From positions 3,317,001-3,350,000 of the forward strand of contig OZ365115.1 of assembly GCA_977030845.1 (NCBI GenBank): 33,000 nucleotides of DNA, in the 5' to 3' direction. Each line of letters opens with the position of its first letter. Position 1 is the stretch's first letter. Of this stretch, positions 10,803 through 20,120 are shown piece after piece. A program made the position numbers and the translations under genes. Source of the DNA: Fimbriosthenelais zetlandica (taxonomy: Eukaryota). A model generated the notes under the pieces. That model searched no databases. It was not told where the DNA came from and worked only from the letters and a program-made list of their open reading frames with translations.

Positions 10803-11061
10803 CTGAAAAATATTGATGAAATATATTAGAGAAATATTGGAAACAAGGAAGGAACAAAACAAACAAAAGTCAAAATAAACAGCATAAAAGACACATGGAC
10901 ATCACGAAGAAGGCAATAAAAGATAATTTAAACAAATCAGTCTGCATTTATATATGAATGGACTGGAGTATATTCTGTTCATCAACAGATATTTTGGCGT
11001 GAAGGTGAGATTGGCTTGTAGGATTGGAGACTAGAGTATGGTGGGAGATCTATGGCTTAGA

Positions 11062-11118
11062 CCCCCTCTTCTCTCTCTCTCTCTCCGTCTCTCTCTCTCT
11101 CTCTCTCTCCCTCTTCTA
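11062..11118. repeat. (CT)n microsatellite
   Basis: Interrupted CT run. Confidence 0.95.
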
Positions 11119-11410
11119 ACCACAATACTGTTGCCAAATATTTCTCTGTGAAAAATGCTTCAGTTGGGCATGGTGAAGATGCACTGCCCACGTGCCGAGT
11201 GCACTCCTATCATAGATTAGTTCTTTTTATTTACAGAAACTGACTATGAAAGTGGGTAAAAATCATTTACCATTATAATGAATATATGAGCCAGACCAAT
11301 ATTCCCCTTGACCAGACCTCTCACATGCAATCTTTTTAATTCCTCTTGCAAAAAGCCAAGTTCAAAGCGTTAGACGTCGGAGATGGATTCATATATATCT
11401 AGACGATTCT

Positions 11411-11472
11411 GTTTTAAACCCAGACCCCTTATTTACAGAGCTGGTGCTCTGACAAACTGAGCTAACCCTCCC
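11411..11472 (-). mobile_element. tRNA-like SINE head fragment
   Basis: Minus strand GGGAGGGTTAGCTCAGTTTGTCAGAGCACCAGCTCTGTAAATAAGGGGTCTGGGTTTAAAAC. The 5' half closely matches the 38-bp array unit at 20.1-20.9 kb; the B-box is degenerate. Confidence 0.65.
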
Positions 11473-11761
11473 TGCAATAATCTTTGTTCTTTTAGTAGCA
11501 GGCAGGTCCCCACTCGTGACAATTTCCCGAGTCTACCCATAGGTGTCGCCTCTAGATCTAGAGGTCAAGGCCACCTTAAAAACGGTTGACATCATTGCAT
11601 TGAATAGCAAGTAGTGGGGATTTCCAATATGGCCGAGAAACAATGAGAAAGAGACAATGAATTCAGAGGTGGCCAAAGACAACTTATAAAAACCTGCTTC
11701 AGTCTGATCATAGGGAGATAACTGCCACTATTCCTGTCACGACCCAGCTCCCGAGACTTAC

Positions 11762-11839
11762 CACAAAGGTTTTTGATGGAGATTCTCTTGGAAAAACATA
11801 TTGGGCTTTGGTGGTATGGAGTCCTTAAAGATATTGATT
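11762..11839 (-). other. Candidate exon (78 nt)
   Basis: Minus strand ACTGATTTTTACTGATTTACCCAG|AATC...TTTGTG|GTAAGTC; two of three frames open. Confidence 0.35.
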
Positions 11840-12015
11840 CTGGGTAAATCAGTAAAAATCAGTTAATGCCCCTTCCTTTTCACTGTCTCTCCTATCTTTC
11901 CCTATCCCTCTCTATCTATCTGCATAGTTTTTTCGCTTTCCCTCTTTCACTCTCAACCTCTCTCTCTCCTAAATTCTCTCTGCCTCTCCCTCCTCAGCTA
12001 TTCTGTTCCATTCAG

Positions 12016-12061
12016 TACCTGGATACTACGCAGAATACGTTGAGAAATCAACAAAAATCAT
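12016..12061 (+). CDS. Candidate small coding exon (46 nt)
   Basis: About 140 nt of pyrimidine-rich sequence, then CCATTCAG|TACC...AATCAT|GTAAGG; one frame reads PGYYAEYVEKSTKI. Confidence 0.3.
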
Positions 12062-12150
12062 GTAAGGAATCATTTCCACGTAAAGTACCCACATTGAGGC
12101 GTTTACGTCAGTGCTCCAGCTGAATGAAGCTTCACAACATCTCTAAATGA

Positions 12151-12240
12151 GTGGCCATAGCAACCCGCCATAGCAACGCGCCATAAACGATGACGTCGCC
12201 ATATGTGAGGACGCTCTGACGTCACGGGAAGATGACGTCA
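12151..12240. promoter_or_regulatory. Motif cluster: RFX X-box plus a half site, two full CREs and one CRE-like site
   Basis: GTGGCCATAGCAAC 12151-12164; CCATAGCAAC repeated at ~12168; TGACGTCG at 12191; TGACGTCA at 12217 and 12233; locally CpG-rich. Confidence 0.55.
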
Positions 12241-12299
12241 ATGATAATACACGGGCTTTGAGATATGGGAAACAATAGAGGAACATTTGGGGCATTGTT

Positions 12300-12530
12300 A
12301 GGGAGAAAGAGAGGGATAGAGAGAGATGGGGAGAGATGGGGAGGGGAGAGGGGCCAGTTATAGCCGAGAGGGAGCGATGGAGGGGGATCTAGAGAGGAGT
12401 AATGAGGATGAAATATGGGAAAATATAGAATATAGACGAGAAGAATGGAAGGGAAGAAAGAAGTCCAAGAAGGACGGATGGAAGGAAGATGGACATGAAG
12501 GAAGAAGCAGGAAGGAAGAAGCAAAGAACG
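12300..12530. repeat. Purine-rich low-complexity (GA/GGA/GAA) tract
   Basis: Strong purine strand bias. Confidence 0.8.
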
Positions 12531-13219
12531 AACACATGCATAAAGGAAAGTATAATATCCAATTTGCAGTTAAAATAGTATCCAATAAAAAAATGATAAC
12601 TTGCTAGACCTGATAATATCGTAATTTCAAAACAAATTATTAAAATAAATTCTTGAGTACATAATTGAACTAGATCAACCCTAAGATTGGTCCATACTAG
12701 ATTGTAATAATTCTAGAATCGGAGCAGGGAGTCAGGAGACAGATAGACTTGTACTGAGAGAAATAAAAATAAAATGAACCAATAAGAGGGAGAGTCTGGG
12801 AGTGTGGTAGATATGAATAGTAGGTATTGAATCAGTGGTAGCAGGTACGGTAGGTACATAACCTCACTGATTCCATCACCCACGTCTATTCCTCACTCCA
12901 CTTTAATACATAAAGACCACTGTCTGATCTTAAATTACATCTCAAATCAGGAAATACCACAAGAAAAATGACTTCTGGTTAGAAGCTGGGGAGGTGGTGT
13001 TCACTGTATGAACTGTGGTACAGTGTTCTGAGAACAAGCAGGTCGATGACAGCCCGCGATATGGAAGGAAGGAAGGAAGGAAGAAAGGGAGATATTTCAT
13101 GTTCCTTCCTATAGTGCAATGCGTTCCCACTTCCCTGCACTTTCTCACCTATCGCCCCTTAAGCCGGGCCTCCACTGCGGCGACAATCCTGTCGCAAGGG
13201 TTGCGACAGCTGTCGTGCG

Positions 13220-13730
13220 ACTGTCTCTGTCTCTCTTTCGTATCACTCTGTCCCTTGTATCCCTCCCTCCTCTTGCATTCTTCTTCTCTCCTTCCATCTC
13301 CCCCCCCCCCACCCAAGCTGTTTTTCCTCTTCCCTGCAGTCTCCCTCATTTTCCACTCTCTTCCCTTCTCCCTTCTCTTCCTAGTCCTCCCCCTCCAAGT
13401 TCCAAGTTCTCCCTCATCCTCTCCTCTCTTCCACACTCTCGCTCTTTGTCTCTTTCTCTTTTCACTCACTCTTCCAACTATGCTCTCCATCCTCTCCCTA
13501 CTCCCCCAACCCCAACCCACCGTCCCACCCACCACCAACCGCCTTCCCCCGAACCCCAACCCACCCACCGCCTTCTCCACAACCCCCTTCTTCCACCCCG
13601 ACCGCCTTCCCCACAACCCCCTTCTTCCACCCCCCTGCTTTCCCCACAACCCCCTTCTCCCACTTTCCCCACCACCCCCACACCTCCACATCCCAGCATC
13701 AGTACCAGTAGCACCCCCCCCCCCTTGAGT
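13220..13730. repeat. Pyrimidine/C-rich low-complexity region with a ~32-bp unit x3
   Basis: CT-rich, then C-rich; CCGCCTTCYCCACAACCCCCTTCTTCCACCCC-like units at ~13570-13660. Source of the 211-280 aa spurious ORFs. Confidence 0.9.
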
Positions 13731-14492
13731 TGCCACTCGACTGCCCACCAACTGACCAGTGTCCACTATGTGGTATGTGTACACCCAATGCTGGTGCTAA
13801 TTTCCGCCACCTCTCTCTCCACTCCACCCTGCCTCGTCTTTCCTTATTTTACCCCAAACACTCATGTCCACCAGTCTATTTCCACCCCATCTCCTGCCCC
13901 TACCTCTCCTAGCACCTACTTAATACATGCCATGCTGAAAAAATCCCCGAATCCACGATAAAAAAGGTTAATCTGGACATGAAATACTCTACCTAGAACC
14001 ATATTAAACACTGCTAGCTAGAGCTGGAGTTAGTTAGCCTCGAGTATAGATTAAATAATCAAACTCCAATTTTGGACATTTCTTCGCTAAATCATTTTCA
14101 CCAAATTGTTACTTTTGGTAATTGATTAATTAATAGTCTGACAGTCTCCTATATCCCATAATTATATAACCCATATCTCCTTTTTAAACTGGCCTATAAA
14201 TCATTATGGTCTAGTATGTATACATATTTGTCGCCAATTTTGAACATTTTCTTTCAAATTTATATTTGGTCGTAAATTCATAAACATTCTATCACTCTTA
14301 TCCCTATTTCTGAACACATAATACAACATATATATGTTTCATGTTACAAGGTTTTATGTTATATTGTGAATGTAAATTGTTGAATAAATCTTGATAGGCC
14401 TTTCAATGTTATCAAATAAAACATAAGGTCATTTTTTTGGAAAAGAGTCCAGCCATTTTATCTTAGCATATTGAGTTATAATTCTCTAACAG

Positions 14493-14649
14493 TTGCTTAT
14501 CCTGGATCGAGGACGGACAAAGGCCAATCAATCTGAGAGCTGGAGGAAACCAAAAAATGGCGGACAGTCGAGTCTATACCCGCAGGATAAAAGATATGAT
14601 AATTGAGCAGAAGCAAATAGAGAGAGAAATATTGACAGAGGGTCAATAG
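14493..14649 (+). CDS. Candidate last coding exon; product unknown
   Basis: Acceptor ATTCTCTAACAG|T; phase-2 frame open for 51 codons (CLSWIEDGQRPINLRAGGNQKMADSRVYTRRIKDMIIEQKQIEREILTEGQ*), compatible with exon 12016-12061; a GAG|GTAAAG donor lies 2 nt after the stop. Confidence 0.3.
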
Positions 14650-15737
14650 AGGTAAAGCTAACGGCTTCAGTCTTGTTTTCTCCCCCAAATACCGAGGCTT
14701 CACCAGAGGGAATTAATAGCCTGGTCGACCGTGACACTGTTTTCATTGGGGTGACGCTGGTTAGGCCAAAAAACATATTTCCTCAAATCTGTAATTCCAA
14801 ATAAATGAATATAAATCTCAAAAATGAAGAAACGAATCCAGGATTTTTAGGGGGAATGAGGAGGTTAGCCTTGTGAAAGAAGGTGGGCATTGGGCAGCCT
14901 TGTGGATAAAAACAATTTAAGGGTCAAAAATCATCAGATCATGTGACAGGCTGGTCCTGACATTTGGATCCAATATTACAAATGAGATCAAGGGATGACC
15001 TCCCTAACGACTCCACTCAGTCCCTCGTAAAAGCCATGCAGATTAAACTGAATCATTTGAAAAAAATCTAAAATTTCCCTTAGTAGTTTCCTGTGGAAAA
15101 ATATAATTATTTAGGATGAAGCTTGACCTGTCTTTTCTGGGAGGAATCTCGGTTGTTTCTTTGGCCTAGCGATGCCACCAATTCAACCCCTAACCCTACG
15201 CAGCATTGTGAGCCTACAGAAGGGCAGGATGCAATAATTGCAGCAGTTGTAGAGTATTCACTCAGCCTGGTTCTAGTCGGTAAGACATTACAGGCTGTAC
15301 TCAGCAGGGACGAGATAACCAGGAATCAGGTTTGTAGAGAGACATGTTACTCAATTAACCAGTCCCGGCCCCCAGGATCCATCCTCCCCCTCCCCAGAAG
15401 GTCAAAACCCCAGCCCCCAGCCCCCAGCCCCCTCTTGTCTCTCAAATGGTCAATTTCTGGGCCATAATTAAAGGTATGACCTCCCAAGACAACAACCTTC
15501 GGGAAACATGTCAAATACATATCATTCCCTGCATATTTAGAACCGTTCCTATACCTCGAAAAACTAGGTTAAAAAGGTCATTTTTATTGCATTACTTGAT
15601 CAATTAAGTTAAATTCTCTGTTTATAGAAGGTCAAAGTCTTTGAGCCTCGATCTGGTATAATAAATACAGTGCCTGGGAGGATTATATAGCGCGATGACT
15701 AGACAGGAAAATACCCCTCCTGTCACCTGTCCCACTA

Positions 15738-15880
15738 ACCGGAAGTGTGGCCCCATCTTAACTCGCATGTCGTACACCAGACGGCACTAGCGTGCGCGGG
15801 CCCCCGGGTGACAGACGACATGACTTAACCTTCAATTGACGGTTTTATGGACGTCGGTCACGTGGGTGATCACGTGTGAT
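15738..15880. promoter_or_regulatory. CpG-rich element with ETS site and two E-boxes
   Basis: ACCGGAAGTG 15738-15747; CACGTG at 15859 and 15871; GC/CpG-rich relative to the flanks. Confidence 0.45.
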
Positions 15881-16833
15881 GTAGCAGCGTCTGAGGTGGT
15901 CTCATCTGACCGGTCTAGTCTACAGCAGCGCTCTCAATCTACTGCCAGACAAACTAGATAGCAACATCCATACATCCTAATTGGAATGGCATTAATTATT
16001 AAAAATAAAGTAATTAAAGTTGTCTGGAATTATAGATTACACTTTAAAGAGCTGTAATTTCCATCAAATTAGTGGTAGGGTCAAGAACGATAGATGAATT
16101 GGGGTATTGAGAGTTTTAATTATGGATCCCTGATTTTTTAGAGGGGTGGGGCATAAGCCCTATTAACCAACCCCGGGGCCAAAAAGAAAGGCGCCACTCT
16201 ACTGGATTTAAATTATGTCAGAATTTTACTGATTTAATATTTGGTAGTGAATTCTTTTTGCAGAGCCCGTAAGTGTGTAATCAATATACATGTACTGATC
16301 AGAGAATTATATTGATGAGGCAATTTAAAAACAGTCACAAAAGTGAAAGCTGCTATTTTCTTCTCTTTCATCCGTTTCTAATTATGTTAATAAATGCCTG
16401 TAAAGAAGGGAAATTGAAAACTTAAACTTTAAAATATATCATGACTTTTGAATGTAAATATATTGAAATATCTGTTTTCGGAGTATGTGGAAGGTGTAGG
16501 TCCTTCCTTCTACCCCCTCCCCACCCTCCTCCTCCTTCCTCTCACTTCAATTTCTCCCACTTTTTCTCCTAAGAGACAGGTCCACCCCTGGGGACTGGAG
16601 GGCCGGGACCCGTGGTCAGACCATCTCAGTAAATTGATATTAATTCACGTCTGGGCTATAAACGTGTTAGCGCGGAAATGAGGAGTGCTAACAAGAGAAG
16701 GGGAGAGGGAAATGAGATTAGCTGCATTAGACCCGAGATCATTTGTTTAATGGCTCTCTCAGGATTAAAGTATTGGTCAATATAGATAAAGAATTGGTAA
16801 ATATACATACTTGGTTATATATACTATGTAGCT

Positions 16834-16906
16834 CAGGGACCTGTTTCAACAGGAATATTAGCAATGCTAAGTCTATGGCTAATATTCGTTTTCAAACAGG
16901 CTCCAG
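16834..16906. mobile_element. ~67-bp MITE, PIF/Harbinger-like, solo copy
   Basis: CAG-[GGACCTGTTTCAAC...TTAGCAATGCTAAGTCTATGGCTAAT...TTCAAACAGGCTC]-CAG: imperfect TIRs, 3-bp CAG flanks, same internal sequence as 25552-25683. Confidence 0.7.
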
Positions 16907-16996
16907 GGGGACCTATAATAATACTATTATGCTAATAGTATATCAGGAATTGAGGGATTTATTAATAGCTGACATAAGGTCACTTAATTCAGACAT

Positions 16997-17162
16997 TAAT
17001 GGTTCCATCTATGCCTATCACCATACACAGTGGGAGGCATGGCTGACTTTTGATATCCCAGTTAGCAGCACTGGGTGGAGAAGGACCAAGGCAAATTTGG
17101 ATAATGCTTGGGGCATTGAACCACGGGCCTCCCAATATGATCTTGATATGCAAGTGAACATC
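16997..17162 (-). mobile_element. tRNA-derived SINE copy with ~1 tail unit
   Basis: Plus strand ATGCCTATCACCATACACAGTGGGAGGCATGG - GATATCCCAGTTAGCAGCACTGGG - GCAAATTTGGATAATGCTTGGGGCATTGAACC (B-box reverse complement). Confidence 0.8.
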
Positions 17163-17263
17163 TTTCAAGCATAATGCAATCCATTCAAGACATTCTCGCC
17201 AGACTCTGCGATTGTTCACATCGCATTGAGCGAGGACTCGCAATATGCGACCATGGAGCTTAC

Positions 17264-17325
17264 CCTCCTCTTTTTTAACGCCTCCTACGCTAATAATCCA
17301 TCAAAATGCCGGCCGCCATTTTTCA
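17264..17325 (-). promoter_or_regulatory. Possible first exon/TSS region with YY1 motif and strong donor
   Basis: Minus strand AAAAATGGCGGC (17312-17323); the ATG opens only a 9-codon ORF; donor AGG|GTAAGC at 17264/17263. Confidence 0.3.
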
Positions 17326-18048
17326 TTGTCAGTTTAGGTGTCAGTGTTAACAACGAAGTTTACTTGCCTTATCTTAGACGCTAGGGAAGGGGCATGTGGG
17401 AGGGGAGAGGCAGGGGAGGGGCATGTGGAATGGGGGAGGCAGGGGAGCGTGTAGAGTCAGTCAAGTTAGGTTCTTTTACATTAGAATTACATTACATACA
17501 TTAAAAAGAAATTCTTTGAAAATAATATAAATATTATACATTCGGTTTGGTTCAGCTATGTCTGTTCTTTGCCAATACAGTGTGTATCTTCAGATATTCA
17601 AGCAAAGCCTCAAGCAAACAATCCTGTTGAATACAACACCATTTGTCATTTTAAAACAGAATTCTAAACTTCAATTTGAATTTGATTTACTGCTCCAATT
17701 AGTATGGTAATAAGTGGTTGGAAGTAGCATTCATAGTCAGCCATGAGTCTGTGAACATTTCAATATGAAGGCAGGTGATCTTAACCAGGCAGGATTTGGG
17801 CAATCTACCCTGCCTGTAGGGGATACGGGGGGGGGCACTCAGTACCAGGCCGGGTACCCATGCTCCCTCCCACCCCTCAACATGAATGTCTTATTCTTCA
17901 GGAAATTATTCCGGCATGGAACACTTTTTCTCTTTCTTAAGAAGACAAGGACTTCCACTTGAAGTGAATGAACCAAGATCATCTATAAGCAACTCAAGTT
18001 TCAAAAATAATTTAAACCAAATATGGTTCTGATACATACATTTCCAAA

Positions 18049-18170
18049 GTGGAAGACATGGCTGTTATCCCAGTTAGCAGCACTGGGTTGGGGAGGACAA
18101 TGGCAAACTTGGAGAAAGCTTAAATAATTGAACCGATGACCTCTGGCATCCAAGTGAGTGTAACCTATTT
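18049..18170 (-). mobile_element. tRNA-derived SINE copy
   Basis: GGAAGACATGGCTG - TATCCCAGTTAGCAGCACTGGGTTGGGGAGGACAATGGCAAACTTGGAGAAAGC - AATTGAACC...GTAACCTATT. Confidence 0.8.
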
Positions 18171-18451
18171 CATTTTTAAACTTTGAAGGGACATGGGTGC
18201 CCAGTTTGGTTGTGAGAGCCCCCTGTGGGGAGATAACAGAAGTTTAATCCTGTTAGTGTCCGCATACCGAGCCTCAATTAACCAGAGAGAGTAGTAGATT
18301 CAGACAAATATTGATAATTCAGTTATTAATTGGCACCAGAGAGACTCGTAGTACCTCATTTCGGAGAATTACATTTACCAGAGATATTTGTCACTGAGAG
18401 AAAGTAGTTTGAAGTGAATTGGGGAAGTATAGGGGTAAGGTGCAGGCATAT

Positions 18452-18524
18452 CAACACCCTGAGAGACAGGGAAAAATGCCTTGGAGAGTAAACGAATCGA
18501 ACCACCAACCCCTTGATCATTGGC
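18452..18524 (-). mobile_element. SINE head/core fragment
   Basis: AACACCCTGAGAGACAGGGAAAAATGCCTTGG...GAATCGAACCACCAACCCCTTGATCATTGG resembles both 19596-19640 and 20041-20080; minus-strand B-box GGTTCGATTC. Confidence 0.6.
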
Positions 18525-19540
18525 TTTTCCAAACATTTATTCGAGTAACAAAAGTAAGTGGAGGGGTCCACCAAGGAAATATCATAACTGACAAAAAATA
18601 AATGGGGGCCCAACCAGGATCCACCTTTCGAGAACCTCTTTCTAGTGAAGAATTGTTTCGGAGACTCAGCCATCTCTGTAGCCTGTAGCTGTAAACCTTG
18701 TAGCCACCATCCTCCTCTCGTCCCTCTATTTGCCTGCTGTTCTCCTATCATCTCCCAGCCCGCCTCCCCCCCCCCCCCCCGCCTCTCACAGTACCAGCGT
18801 GAAGCCTTGTCTAGCCATGTTTTGATTTAAGCTTGTCATAGAAACGATCTGCTAATTCCAGGGGATTTCTAGCTGAGATTTGTTGTAATTACTCCCACAG
18901 GCTTCAAGCTATAGACAATATCACTGGCCCTGACCAATGCTAAATATCCTTCCTAAACCGGTTTAAAATCAACATTATCATTTAGGAAGATGTAGGCCTA
19001 AAACTGTAAAGTGAGAAATGTTATAAGCCTAATTATATATTTCAAATATATAAATTGAAATCTTAATCGAAAAACATAATTAGTTTTTGTACATGTACAT
19101 CAGAATGCAACTTTTCTTACTCAGTTTTTGTGGACTTGCTGCTCTTACAGTAACAGACCTTTCCTCAAAAAGTGCCTATTGGTTCATATATAAAAAAAAA
19201 TTACCAACCGAACATTGAGCTTGTTAAGACAAGAAATGGGACCAAGATTGGCTTACTATCGGGGCAACTCCTCCTCTATTTTCCCCATTGATTGAACCTA
19301 ATACTTGAATTCCTCTAAGCAATTTCCATCATCACATTCAAACTGTTGTGAAAAATGTATCAAATCAACATATCTCCCGCTGGTGGCAGTGTCTGGGGCA
19401 TCACATCAGTGATAGCGCTTATCTAACACATGTCAGTATCTAATCTCTAAACACTCCTATCATAGATTGCTGCTCTCAGGTCCGCCTGTGATTTTCAGCT
19501 GGGTATTCTCGCTAAATGCAGATCTGTTGCCGTATGTCCA

Positions 19541-19680
19541 ACAGATATTTTCAGATGCAGTGAACTAGACCAAATGCTGTGGAGGAAGGAAAAGGAAAAT
19601 GCTTTGGGAATTGAACCACTGACCCTTCAATCATTGGTAATCATCAGAATGAGCTGAGTCTGTAACCAACTGAACCTTGG
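19541..19680 (-). mobile_element. tRNA-derived SINE copy, decayed
   Basis: Minus strand GGTTCAGTTGGTTACAGACTCAGCTCATTC...AAGGGTCAGTGGTTCAATTCCCAAAGCATTTTCC...CTGAAAATATCTG. Confidence 0.65.
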
Positions 19681-20040
19681 AGAAGTTTGGGATTGAGCCA
19701 CTAATAAATGAATTCAGATCATAGCTTGTATATTGTACAATACACATATCAATGCCGCTAGCCCAGTCTTGGTGCTTTGAATCAGGAGTAAAGACGGACC
19801 ATTTAGTAGGGTGAATATATGGACATTTAATCATGTGACTAAACGGAAATTTTAAGCAGGCGAATAGACATAAAATACCCGGATCAGGAAATGCTGGTGG
19901 GTGCCATTTGTCATGCGCACCAGGGGGGGAAGTATCCCATAGAGACTGTTGACATAACAACCATTTGTCACCGATCCAATTGACTCAAATGAAGGCATTG
20001 AAACATGACATAGCTGAACGGGATTAGGTACGACATTGAC

Positions 20041-20120
20041 GAACACCCTGAGGACGGAGGCACGGAAATGCCATGGTCTGCTCCCAGAGTTGAACTGACA
20101 ACCTTGAATGAGCTATATGT
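20041..20120 (-). mobile_element. T-arm/B-box and body start of the SINE copy whose 5' half is amplified
   Basis: Minus strand AGCTCATTCAAGGTTGTCAGTTCAACTCTGGG...GGCATTTCCGTGCCTCCGTCCTCAGGGTGTT; resembles a tRNA variable loop/T-arm and matches 18452-18480. Confidence 0.55.

Noticed and set aside
11549-11564. 16-bp perfect palindrome CCTCTAGATCTAGAGG
   Set aside because: About 0.5 are expected by chance in a window this size.
13015-13961. Longest ORFs in the track (237, 280 and 211 aa)
   Set aside because: They are translations of CT-rich and C-rich low-complexity DNA that lacks stops on both strands; no domain signal.
18419-18601. ORF with a strong GTAAGT donor as a candidate exon
   Set aside because: It overlaps an antisense SINE head fragment and has a poor acceptor.
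19631-19960. 109-aa minus-strand ORF
   Set aside because: It has no convincing splice boundaries or homology, and it runs into a SINE head at its 3' end.
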